Shown piece by piece: positions 51,153 through 61,441 of a DNA stretch of 64,000 nucleotides. The notes below the pieces were generated by a model. That model ran no database searches, had not been told where the DNA came from, and saw only the letters and a program-made list of their open reading frames with translations. Made by a program: the position numbers and the translations under genes. This stretch comes from an uncultured Eubacteriales bacterium (GTDB taxonomy: Bacteria; Bacillota; Clostridia; Acetivibrionales; CAVYEU01), in the NCBI GenBank assembly GCA_963767415.1, contig CAVYEU010000095.1, forward strand, positions 2,959-66,958, read 5' to 3'. Numbering within the stretch: the first letter of the stretch is position 1; every line of letters starts with the position of its first letter.

Positions 51153-51797
51153 ATGGACAAAGACTATAAAACAATAATTAATTTATTAAAAAATGAATAT
51201 CCAAATTCAAAATGTGGTTTGGAGTACAAAACACCTTTTGAATTATTAGTAGCTGCAATACTTTCAGCTCAAACAACAGATATTAAGGTTAATCAAATAA
51301 CTAAAGGCTTATTTTTCAAATACCCTACTTACCGTGATTTTTTGTCACTTAAGCAAGAAGACCTTGAAGCTGAAATTAAGATGCTTGGGTTGTACAAGAA
51401 TAAGGCAAAAAATATACTAGCCATGTGTAAGCAGTTGGATGAAAAATACAGGGGTATTATACCAAATACACTTGAAGAACTTACTATTTTTTCCGGGGTA
51501 GGAAGAAAAACAGCTAATGTTATTTTGAGTAATATCTTTGGAATACCAGCAATTGCAGTTGATACTCATGTATTTAGAGTAGCAAACAGAATTGGACTTA
51601 TTAAAGCGAAAAACGCTTTTGAAGCTGAAATACAGCTTCAAAAAGCGTTGGATACTAAATATTGGATTCTGGCGCATAACCTATTAGTATGGCATGGAAG
51701 AAAATGTTGTACTGCAAGAAAGCCAAGATGTGAGGATTGTGTAATCTCAGGTTATTGTATTACTTATGAAAAGTGCTATAATATGATTAATGTGTGA
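51153..51797 (+). CDS. nth: endonuclease III (DNA glycosylase/AP lyase)
   Basis: HhH-GPD (LPGVGRKTANVIL-like FSGVGRKTANVIL) and a C-terminal 4Fe-4S cluster, Cx6Cx2Cx5C (CTARKPRCEDCVISGYC). Confidence 0.9.
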   Translation: MDKDYKTIINLLKNEYPNSKCGLEYKTPFELLVAAILSAQTTDIKVNQITKGLFFKYPTYRDFLSLKQEDLEAEIKMLGLYKNKAKNILAMCKQLDEKYRGIIPNTLEELTIFSGVGRKTANVILSNIFGIPAIAVDTHVFRVANRIGLIKAKNAFEAEIQLQKALDTKYWILAHNLLVWHGRKCCTARKPRCEDCVISGYCITYEKCYNMINV

Positions 51798-51907
51798 AAC
51801 AATTGTTAAGTTAAAGAAAGGCGATGTATTAATATGATCATAAAAAAATACAACATAAAACCAAAAAATTAACCTTAAAGTTAATTGGATACTCAAACAA
51901 TAGATAA

Positions 51908-51947
51908 ATATAGCGATAAAGCCTCAAATGAGGCTTTATCGCTATAT
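51908..51947. terminator. bidirectional terminator between nth and the convergent hsp20
   Basis: ATATAGCGATAAAGCCTCA-AAT-GAGGCTTTATCGCTATAT. Confidence 0.7.
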
Positions 51948-51968
51948 TTTATAAAAATTAGATATTAT

Positions 51969-52433
51969 TTATGAAATATCAATTTTCTTTTCTATTTGAC
52001 ATGTTTCTTCTTTTTTTGGCAGTACCAGTATTAGAATACCATTATCAAACTTAGCAGTAATTTTGTCGCTATGAACATTGTCAATAGAAAACGATCTTGT
52101 CATTGAACTTGTTCTTCTTTCTTTTCTTAAATATCGCTCATTTTTTTCTTCTTTTTCTTCATCTTTTTCTACGCTTATTGTTAATTTGTTATCATTAACT
52201 TTTAGATTTATTTCTTCTTTTTTAATCCCCGGCAATTCAGCTTCAAGTATATATTCTTTTTCATTTTCTTTTATATCTACTTTTAATTGACCACTGTTAC
52301 TAAAGTGTGACGGTAAAATCGAGTCATTAAAAAAGTTTTCAAAACCATCATTTACATTAAGTAGATCGAACAAGCTATTATATTTCCTTTGAATTTCATT
52401 ATTTTCTCTATTAAATGGTATTAAGTTTAACAT
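51969..52433 (-). CDS. Hsp20/alpha-crystallin family small heat-shock protein
   Basis: ACD motifs (ILEAELPGIKKEEINLKV...AKFDNGILILVLPK). Likely start at MLNLIPF (ATG at 52433) after a GGAGGTGA RBS. Confidence 0.85.
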   Translation of the reverse strand: MLNLIPFNRENNEIQRKYNSLFDLLNVNDGFENFFNDSILPSHFSNSGQLKVDIKENEKEYILEAELPGIKKEEINLKVNDNKLTISVEKDEEKEEKNERYLRKERRTSSMTRSFSIDNVHSDKITAKFDNGILILVLPKKEETCQIEKKIDIS

Positions 52434-52861
52434 ACATGTCACCTCCATAATTGATTTAGATTTATTTTTTGGATTACATACCTCAAATTAAATGGTTCCA
52501 AATTCACTAGTCTTAACCTTCTATTGCTATACCATAATTGACACCTCCGTTTCTATCTGTGGCTTTTATTTCCTTCTTATACTCTTATTTATATAATTTT
52601 TCTATGTTATTATCAAATCTTGTCTTTGCCTTTCTTTGACCTTTATAAGCTATTATTTTTATATATTTGAATTTATCTTTATAAATCTCAAATTTTCTTC
52701 GTTTTTTGGAGTATTTCTAATTAGTTGTTACTCAATCCCCAAAATCCAAATATTGCAAATAAATAGAGCTTCTGATTATTATAAAATTTTATTTAGAGAT
52801 TATTACTGATACGGAGCATAGCTCCGTACTGGATCTACTGAGGCGAAATAATCATCTGTTA

Positions 52862-53633
52862 TTATATTCTGTCGATTACACTTTTAGAAATACCAATGAT
52901 CCTTGATAATTGACGTATTGATATGCCTTCAATTAATTTTAGTTTACAGATATATTCATTTCGCATTTGAATGTTCATATTATGTAATTCATTTACGTTC
53001 TCAAGACCAATTTGTACTATGATTTCTAGAACATCATTGTCATCTAGCCTTTTGGGGTCATAATAATCTAAACATTGATCTTTATTACTTTCATTATTAA
53101 ATTTTATAAATAATTCAATAGCCTTTTTATGGTCAGATGAATACAATAGCAAAGCAACTTTGGTATTTACCATATCAAAGTTTTCTATATATTCATTGTA
53201 ACTACTCCATTTATAATCTTGAATATTGCGTGTAATATTTGCTTTGACTGGGTTTTGATGAATATATCTTAAAACCCGTCAAGAAATATGAATCATCTAA
53301 TACTACTTCACTTTTAAATCTTTCTTGAAATAAGTGCCCACATCTTCCATACTTTTTATTGTACCAAAAAACATAGCTACTACTAATTCTTTTTATTATA
53401 TTAGATATGGACTCGTTGCTTTCTTTTAAAAGTAAATGGATATGGTTGCTCATCAAACAATAACTATAAATTTCATATTTACAAATTTCCTTATACCTTA
53501 CAACAGTTTCAAGAAACCTCTGTTTGTCTTCATCGTCTTCAAAAATTATTTGTTTGTTTATTCCACGCATAATAACATGAAATATACCACTATCACTTTC
53601 TATACGACTATGTCTAGACATACAAGCCTCCAT
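52862..53633 (-). pseudogene. Y1 HUH transposase (IS200/IS605 TnpA / REP-associated tyrosine transposase-like) with C-terminal HTH, disrupted by a +1 frameshift in a G-run
   Basis: N-terminal part carries the HuH motif (CLMSNHIHLLL) and YGRCGHLFQERFKSEVV. Removing one G from GGG (plus-strand CCC at about 53280) restores ...DDSYFLTVLRYIHQNPVKANITRNIQDYKWSSYNEY..., which continues in frame into ORF 52862..53173 with an HTH (ISIRQLSRIIGISKSVIDRI). A subterminal hairpin TACGGAGCATAGCTCCGTA sits at 52812-52832. Confidence 0.65.
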
Positions 53634-53717
53634 TTTGTTTATTTTAATTCAATTATTGATAAAAATAATGTTTCTGTAATAAAAGTACCTTTTTTAAATT
53701 TTATCATAACTTCAAAA

Positions 53718-53748
53718 GAGGGACAAGGTACCTGTCCCCTTGTCCCTC
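53718..53748. repeat. REP-like GC-rich palindromic element, copy 1
   Basis: GAGGGACAAGGTACCTGTCCCCTTGTCCCTC; nested palindromes GGGACAAGG/CCTTGTCCC and GGACA..TGTCC. Confidence 0.8.
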
Positions 53749-53768
53749 CAATATAATTAGGAGCATTA

Positions 53769-54743
53769 TCAATCCTTTTCTCTTAATTCCAGTATTTCGG
53801 CTTCAGATATATTTAATATATTTATAATTTCATCTATAGATCTACCTAAGTTTATTAACTTTTTTGCGATTTCATATACCGTTTGTTTTTTCCCTTCTTC
53901 TATACCAAACCTCTTTCCTTCTTCTATACCAAACTTCTTTCCTTCTTCTATACCAAGCTTCTTTCCTTCTTCTATACCAGACTTCTTTCCTTCTTCTATA
54001 CCATCTTTTTTCCCAACTACATAAGTAGACTCATGCATACTTGCCTGATAATGCATATTTTCTATATAACGTTTATAATCAAGTAAATCTTCTTTAGGTA
54101 GCTTCATTTTATTTAATTTCTCTCGTGCCTCGCTTAGCCCTTTTGCACTAAATTCTTCCTTTATCTCTTCATTTTTCAAAAAATAGATCCATTCATCTAA
54201 CGAATCTTTTGCTATATCGTTAAACCTGTTTACCTTTATAAGATAATATTCTGGATATATTTGATAAACAAAATCTTTTGAGTATAACTCTTGCTGTCTT
54301 GCATTTAATTCCAATTCATCATCAAAGTGCAATCCTTTGAATTTTGTTGTACCATGATATACATAATCAAGTCCATGCCCTAGGTCAAAAAATACTACAC
54401 TTATTGAGTATATTTTTTTTACACTTGAATAGGGATCGCTTTCCCTCATGTACTCTGTTATTGACTTGGAAACTCCAAATAGAATCCTTGATAAAAAATC
54501 AAATTCGTTATCTACTTGAATTTCTACAATTATTAACTCCTTGTCTTCGTTTTCTACCATTATATCAACTCTATTGTATTTATCGTCCTTATCTTCTTTA
54601 TTACTTTCACTCTCTATTATATTCACAATTTTTAGATTTTGACGTAATACAACACTTAAGAACCCTTCCAGAACCCCAAAATTCGCTTTACTTCTTAATA
54701 GTTTTTTTATTGCCCAGTCAAACCGTACCAGCTCTCTCTCCAT
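53769..54743 (-). CDS. Rpn/YhgA-like PD-(D/E)XK nuclease-family putative transposase (TIGR01784-like), paralog 1
   Basis: N-terminal PD-(D/E)XK core (RVDIMVEN..ELIIVEIQ) and a C-terminal G(I)EEGKK decapeptide repeat encoded by 30-bp tandem DNA repeats (53880-54010). Confidence 0.65.
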   Translation of the reverse strand: MERELVRFDWAIKKLLRSKANFGVLEGFLSVVLRQNLKIVNIIESESNKEDKDDKYNRVDIMVENEDKELIIVEIQVDNEFDFLSRILFGVSKSITEYMRESDPYSSVKKIYSISVVFFDLGHGLDYVYHGTTKFKGLHFDDELELNARQQELYSKDFVYQIYPEYYLIKVNRFNDIAKDSLDEWIYFLKNEEIKEEFSAKGLSEAREKLNKMKLPKEDLLDYKRYIENMHYQASMHESTYVVGKKDGIEEGKKSGIEEGKKLGIEEGKKFGIEEGKRFGIEEGKKQTVYEIAKKLINLGRSIDEIINILNISEAEILELREKD

Positions 54744-55003
54744 GACCTCTCTCCTACATTTATATTTTATTTAGTATTATATTTAAGTAAGTATAATTGC
54801 TATCTGATAGTATTATACTATAATTATTTTAAGATACGTTATAGTTATTTTTTTTTAATTGTTTTTTCTCAAACTCGTCCAGCCTAATTCAGTCTCTAAT
54901 ATGGTTTATGTACCTACAATTGCTTATCAATAGTAAAAACGCACCCCTTTGTTCTCCTTATTTTTTTTCAATTGCTGGGACAAAAGTGGGAGCAGGGGAA
55001 AAA

Positions 55004-55034
55004 GAGGGACAAGGTACCTGTCCCCTTGTCCCTC
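55004..55034. repeat. REP-like palindromic element, copy 2
   Basis: Identical GAGGGACAAGGTACCTGTCCCCTTGTCCCTC. Confidence 0.8.
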
Positions 55035-55256
55035 TCCACTGATGAAATAGGTAAAAGCCTAAGCAATTTTATACTATTGAAAAACATAGTGATGACATTG
55101 TTTTTAAAGTTGCTGATAAAAGAAATAAAACACTCAAAAGTCTCGATAAATTCAAACTACTAAAACACTTTGAAGCATCTAGAAAGTGGAATAAAAAGAA
55201 TAGTTAAATCAACCGCAACTGATAAAAATAGCCCATACTGTGGCATTCATTTCAAG

Positions 55257-55281
55257 AGAGGGACAGGTACCTTGTCCCTTC
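55257..55281. repeat. REP-like palindromic element, degenerate copy 3
   Basis: GAGAGGGACAGGTACCTTGTCCCTT; one base missing relative to the full element. Confidence 0.6.
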
Positions 55282-55293
55282 CTTCTGTCATTT

Positions 55294-56316
55294 TCAATCA
55301 TGTAATACTTTTTTTATATCATCAATACTTTCAATTTGGAAAATACTTTCAATTAGCGTATCTACCAACACCAAATTATTTTTAAGTTTGATTTGATCTA
55401 ATAATTCTTTTGTTAAATCAATCTTTTTAATACTAAGTAGTTTAACTAAGCAATCTATTTTAGCTTCTATCATACCTTTTTCAATACCTTTTTCAATACC
55501 TTCCTCTTTACCCTTTGCAAGACCATCTTTATAAATTGCTTTTGCTATATTTGATTTATAACATGCTAATCCCATACTATTCACATCTCCTTCCTCTAAA
55601 TTAATTAATTCATTATCAAGCTGGATTTCCATCTCATCTGATAAACTAATTATTGCATTTATAAATATAAAAATCTTCTCTATTTTTTCTCTTGTATAAT
55701 TATTTCTCAATAATTGCCTAATCAATCGTAATTTAAAAATGTATTTCTCTTCATCGGTATTATTATTAATTGAATATAATACTGCTAATACTATAAGTGC
55801 AAATGAATTATTATTTGCCTCTAATGTTTCTATTCTTTGATCAATTATTTTATATATATTAAATTTATATGATACTGATGTATTCAAAAAATTATACTTA
55901 AACTCATTAGGCTTATATTTTATATTTGAATCTGTAAATATAGTTAATGCTACTATTTCTTTTGCATATTTATCATATATTCTATAAAAATACTTAAACA
56001 TCCTTTCTAAAAACAATGTGTCTTGATACCCTTGAATTTCAATATGGATCAAAACCCACTTTTCTTCACCTGTTTTTAAATACACTTTGACCAATTTATC
56101 AGGTATTTTCTTTCCTATCTTTGCTTTTATTGATATTTTTGAAAGTTCTTTATCTAAAAATTCATATGGTTTTGTAAAATCAATTATTTCATAAAGTTCT
56201 GGTAAAAAGAATAAAACAAAATCTTCAAATAAATCCTCTATTATTCCCTTCCAAAGCTCATCATGGCTTACTTTAACAATATTATCAACATCTTTATTCT
56301 CATATATCAATTCCAT
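55294..56316 (-). CDS. Rpn/YhgA-like PD-(D/E)XK nuclease-family putative transposase, divergent paralog
   Basis: PELYEIIDFTKPYEFLDKEL...DKLVKVYLKTGEEKWVLIHIEIQ core and a C-terminal EGIEKGIEKG repeat typical of the family. Confidence 0.65.
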   Translation of the reverse strand: MELIYENKDVDNIVKVSHDELWKGIIEDLFEDFVLFFLPELYEIIDFTKPYEFLDKELSKISIKAKIGKKIPDKLVKVYLKTGEEKWVLIHIEIQGYQDTLFLERMFKYFYRIYDKYAKEIVALTIFTDSNIKYKPNEFKYNFLNTSVSYKFNIYKIIDQRIETLEANNNSFALIVLAVLYSINNNTDEEKYIFKLRLIRQLLRNNYTREKIEKIFIFINAIISLSDEMEIQLDNELINLEEGDVNSMGLACYKSNIAKAIYKDGLAKGKEEGIEKGIEKGMIEAKIDCLVKLLSIKKIDLTKELLDQIKLKNNLVLVDTLIESIFQIESIDDIKKVLHD

Positions 56317-56437
56317 TGTTATTTTATCAACCCAATCTTTTGTCTATTTATTTTGATTATATTTCTTTTGATTTAAAAAAACAATACTAATTGGTAAATA
56401 TGGGCATATTCTACCTTTATAGTGTTATTGATAGAAT

Positions 56438-56467
56438 TTAAGGGAAAGGGACAAGGAACCTGTCCCC
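56438..56467. repeat. REP-like palindromic element, copy 4 (one mismatch)
   Basis: GGGACAAGGAACCTGTCCCCTTGTCCCTCC. Confidence 0.75.
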
Positions 56468-56599
56468 TTGTCCCTCCAATATAATTAGGAGCATTATCAA
56501 TCCTTTTCTCTTAATTCCAGTATTTCGGCTTCAGATATATTTAATATATTTATAATTTCATCTATAGATCTACCTAAGTTTATTAACTTTTTTGCGATT

Positions 56600-57454
56600 T
56601 CATATACCGTTTGTTTTTTCTTCCCCTCCTTCTTCTATACCAAACTTCTTTCCTTCTTCTATACCAAGCTTCTTTCCTTCTTCTATACCAGACTTCTTTC
56701 CTTCTTCTATACCATCTTTTTTCCCAACTACATAAGTAGACTCATGCATACTTGCCTGATAATGCATATTTTCTATATAACGTTTATAATCAAGTAAATC
56801 TTCTTTAGGTAGCTTCATTTTATTTAATTTCTCTCGTGCCTCGCTTAGCCCTTTTGCACTAAATTCTTCCTTTATCTCTTCATTTTTCAAAAAATAGATC
56901 CATTCATCTAACGAATCTTTTGCTATATCGTTAAACCTGTTTACCTTTATAAGATAATATTCTGGATATATTTGATAAACAAAATCTTTTGAGTATAACT
57001 CTTGCTGTCTTGCATTTAATTCCAATTCATCATCAAAGTGCAATCCTTTGAATTTTGTTGTACCATGATATACATAATCAAGTCCATGCCCTAGGTCAAA
57101 AAATACTACACTTATTGAGTATATTTTTTTTACACTTGAATAGGGATCGCTTTCCCTCATGTACTCTGTTATTGACTTGGAAACTCCAAATAGAATCCTT
57201 GATAAAAAATCAAATTCGTTATCTACTTGAATTTCTACAATTATTAACTCCTTGTCTTCGTTTTCTACCATTATATCAACTCTATTGTATTTATCGTCCT
57301 TATCTTCTTTATTACTTTCACTCTCTATTATATTCACAATTTTTAGATTTTGACGTAATACAACACTTAAGAATCCTTCCAGGACCCCAAAATTCGCTTT
57401 ACTTCTTAATAGTTTTTTTATTGCCCAGTCAAACCGTACCAGCTCTCTCTCCAT
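56600..57454 (-). CDS. Rpn/YhgA-like PD-(D/E)XK nuclease-family putative transposase, paralog 2 (near-identical to 53769..54743 but with fewer 30-bp repeat units and an altered C-terminal end)
   Basis: Protein identical to paralog 1 over about 270 aa; the GIEEGKK repeat is shorter and the C-terminus reads GIEEGGEEKTNGI. Confidence 0.6.
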   Translation of the reverse strand: MERELVRFDWAIKKLLRSKANFGVLEGFLSVVLRQNLKIVNIIESESNKEDKDDKYNRVDIMVENEDKELIIVEIQVDNEFDFLSRILFGVSKSITEYMRESDPYSSVKKIYSISVVFFDLGHGLDYVYHGTTKFKGLHFDDELELNARQQELYSKDFVYQIYPEYYLIKVNRFNDIAKDSLDEWIYFLKNEEIKEEFSAKGLSEAREKLNKMKLPKEDLLDYKRYIENMHYQASMHESTYVVGKKDGIEEGKKSGIEEGKKLGIEEGKKFGIEEGGEEKTNGI

Positions 57455-57713
57455 GACCTCTCTCCTACATTTATATTTTATTTAGTATTATATTTAAGTA
57501 AGTATAATTGCTATTTGATAGTATTATACTATAATTATTTTAAGATACGTTATAGTTATTTTTTTTTAATTGTTTTTTCTCAAACTCGTCCAGCCTAATT
57601 CAGTCTCTAATATGGTTTATGTACCTACAATTGCTTATCAATAGTAAAAACGCACCCCTTTGTTCTCCTTATTTTTTTTCAATTGCTGGGACAAAAGTGG
57701 GAGCAGGGGAAAA

Positions 57714-57744
57714 GAGGGACAAGGTACCTGTCCCCTTGTCCCTC
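57714..57744. repeat. REP-like palindromic element, copy 5
   Basis: GAGGGACAAGGTACCTGTCCCCTTGTCCCTC. Confidence 0.8.
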
Positions 57745-57799
57745 TCTAAATAGTAACAAGAAAAAGAAACAAAGAAAAAACAGCTGACAAAGCCTCTGT

Positions 57800-60700
57800 T
57801 TTTTTTTAATAATTACTTTTATACACGAGTACTGCTATGGGAAAGTTATACTTACTGGTGTAGCTAAGGTATTGCATCCATTAAAGTCAAGAGTCTTAGT
57901 TGCTGAACCAAAGAGCAACTGTTCCCCACCTGTAAGTTTACTAGTTTTTATATCAACCTTGAATGAAAAATGTAATTGAGCTCATCTCACCTTACCTAAC
58001 TAATATCACTATTACCTTGAAGTTACTGGTATTAGAAACAGCTACACCAACTGCTTGAACATTATTTGATGGATCTTTAATCGTCGCAGCTTTTCCAGTA
58101 ATTGTTGAAAGCATTAGTAATCTTATTTGTTAGCGTATTTGATAACAAGTATTATTGTTATATCTCTTGATGGACTTGAAACTAAATCAATTGATGGACT
58201 ACTTGATAGTGTAGCAGCATCGCTAGTTGCAAATGGTCCCACAGAGAATGTAAATGCATTGCTAACTTGAGCTACTGTTGGTGCAGCATCTGTCCAGCCA
58301 CTTGGAGGAGCATAAACAGCTTCACTATATCTAATTGTTAGAGCATCCCCTACTCCTGCAGTACCTGCATCTGTACCAACATCAAGAATTCCACCATTCT
58401 TTGATAAACCAGCTGCAGATATTATTACTGGAGCTACTGTGTCAGCTATTGTAAGAGCTGCAGTACTTGCATCCATATTTATCGGATATGCTAAGTTACC
58501 AGATGCATCTATAACATAATTCGATGTATCTGCATTTACAAAGTCAGCTTTTACTTGACCAGTTCCTGCTACGGTACCATCAAGTGTTATTGTCAGTATA
58601 TCTGAGTTAGTACCAGTTACAGCATATGATACAGGTACCAATGTAACATCATTTATACCATTATTTACAGTTAATACGCTGAATGTCTTTGATGCACTTA
58701 ATGTGTTGCTTAGTGTTCCTATTATTGCTATTGGTTTATTAAACTTAAATGATACTGTATCCAATTTACCATCTGCATTAGTATCCGCTGCTTTTGTATT
58801 TCCATCAGCTACCATTACTATTGGTGCAGACTTATCAGCAACCACTGTGCTATTGGTTGATGAATTAAATGTTGCACTTGCCAATGCATTTCCTGCTAGA
58901 TCTGTGAACTCACCTGTTGAAGCTCCTGGAGCAGTGAACTTCCAAGCAAGTTTAGTAGTGCTACTCGGCATAGTACTTGGTAAAATAATTGTTACAAAGT
59001 TGCCATTCAAAACATTTGGATCTATTGTACCACTCATGTCATTAGAGTCATTAGAACCTCCAACGCCAACTGGAAGTGCAAGTGTTGCTCCTGTTAGTAC
59101 TCCTGTATAATCAGCAGCATTTGCATCAGTATAATTTGCACAATACGTAAGCTGCGTTGCTATTGCCGCTGCAGTTATTGATGAACTCATCATTGGTTCA
59201 GAGAACTGAATTGTTAATTTGTTAATCTTTCCAGCATCAACTGTATCATACTGATACATATTAACTATTGTTGGTGGTACTGTTTCTGTTGTATAATTCA
59301 ACGTCGTAATATTAATTGCTGCTTCCTGTCCTGCTGAATTTAGATTATTATTTACACAATTTCCCGATGCATCTCTAATCTTAACTGTTCCATTTGTAGA
59401 TACATCAATTTGTCCATTTAGCCTTGTGTCATTAGCAAGCGCTGCATAGATTATTTCAGCGTTACTGCCTTGGCTATATGTTGCACTTCCCAATGTTCCA
59501 CTTTGATTTGTGAAACAGAATTGATTTTGTGATAATGTTCCATATATCTGCACTGGTTTTGAGAATGTCAATACCAATGTGTCCCCTGCACAGTTGTCTT
59601 GCCCTGGTACGTAGTTTATTGCCTGTGCTGACACCAATAACGGCCTTGTTGTATCATTTGACGTAATTGTAACTGGTGTATCGTTTGCTCCTGCTCCTGG
59701 TACTCCCCATGTGCTTAAAACGTGTGTAGGAGCATTTGCATCCCTTGCTTGCACACCATTTAAGAATAAACCAGTTCCGTCTTTATCAAATTTAGGTGTT
59801 CCTGATGCTATCATTACCTGTAACTGATTTCCATTTCCATTTATATCAGGATTTAATATTGTTGGATTTGAAAATGTTACTGATCCCCAATTTACAATAC
59901 CACCTGCTACAGTTGGTGATAATACTATGTCACTTGGTGATAAGTTTGGATCCGCTATTACATCTACACCATACGTGAATACTAAGTGATCTCCTTGACC
60001 AATTTTTCCAGTACCTGAATCATTTGAGTATGTCACTGATACAATCGCTGGTACTGTAGTAGCTGCTGGTTCAATTGTATTAGCAGTAGAACTAGGATTC
60101 TGATAAGCTGCTGCCGGCTGTGCTGCATTTGGTGCTGTTCCTGATGTTGGTGCAGTTGTTGTAGCTTTCATAAATATATTTTGTTCCAACTGATGCTACA
60201 TCTACATATTTATTAAGAACTGCCTGTAACCATGCTTCTTGTGTTGCATATGCTGATGTTCTTGTACCAAATACGATTTCAACATCTGCTGATGTTGGTC
60301 CGGTTGTTATTGTATATCCGGATCCAAAGAAGTTTGTTGCACCATTTGCATCAAATTAGTTCCATTTATTGCAAATGCTGTACCATCAATACTTGTAGTA
60401 TTAATTGTTATATTTTTGTTGAATGTCAGAATAATATAGTCTCCTGCTGACAATGTTCCATTATTATCTGCATCAACTAACTGATTATTAGTATTAGCAA
60501 CAAGCTCTAAACCTGTACTAACTGCTCCTAAGATTGTTTTACTGTTTGTTGAACCATTTGCCACTATAACATTTCCTGTCGTATCTTGAACATTTGTTAC
60601 TGTTACATTCCAATATACTGCTGACTGCAATGAAGTGGTAAGCAATACTCTTAAGCAATCATTTGATAATGCAGCACTTGAAATTATAAGTTGCTGCGTT

Positions 60701-61400
60701 GGATTTGATTTATTGGCTACTGTATAGTTTGCAATATTTGTTGCTGTTGCTGCTGATACTTTTTTGCTAAATATTACTTGTACTAATGTTGCTGAAAGTG
60801 AAGTTGCTGATGCTACTGTTGGTGGCAGTAAATCAGTATAGGTAATCGGAACACCTGTTGTGTTTGCAAGGCAGTTATTTTGTGATTCATCTACTACTGC
60901 ATTTGCACTGTACTCTACTAATAGATTAACTGTTGAAGCCTGATACCCTGATGTTCCTTCTATTGCATGAAGCATGCGCACTATTTCCAAGTTTGCAGGT
61001 ACCCCAACATATTAGTATTAATCCAGTAAGTCAAATTTAATACCGATGAATCATATGGTGTAGCTGCTGATGTTTCTTCTGCTGTTTCTGATAAGTTAAA
61101 TAACTTATTTGCTCCGTTGAATACACTGAAATCACCTACAGTTACTTGATCATATACTACTTTTTTGTTAAATGTTAATTTTAGCTTATGAGTATAATCG
61201 TTATAAGAAGACGATATTAACTGAGGTGCATTCGTGCTTCTTACATATGTCATTGAAATTCCTGAGCCTGTTGTAGCGTTATTTTGCAATGCATTTGATG
61301 TAGTATCTGTAAATGCATCTGCTAAATAACTTATATAGGTATTGCTTGGTGTTGTTGTATTCCATGTGGATATATGCTGTGTTGATAAAGCTAGTACCAA
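57800..61400 (-). pseudogene. downstream portion of a large T/S/N/A-rich S-layer/cell-surface protein gene, broken into at least 3 ORFs (58123..60189, 60307..60990, 60981..61400) plus a degraded tail
   Basis: Same composition and strand as the SLH-bearing ORF upstream. The ORFs abut or overlap (gaps 61400/61442 and 60189/60307; overlap 60981-60990), none has its own signal peptide or RBS, and translation continues across the breaks in alternative frames. Confidence 0.5.
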
Positions 61401-61441
61401 TTCTGGTCCATTTGCTGATGTTAATATTGTATCAGTTGAGT

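Noticed and set aside
53880-54010. CRISPR-like array from regularly spaced 30-bp repeats
   Set aside because: The repeats are contiguous with no spacers, lie inside an ORF and encode a GIEEGKK peptide repeat. They are coding tandem repeats, not a CRISPR array.
54972-55385. Two short plus-strand ORFs between the Rpn paralogs
   Set aside because: They span REP-like palindromes and intergenic repeat sequence, with no RBS and no homology signal.
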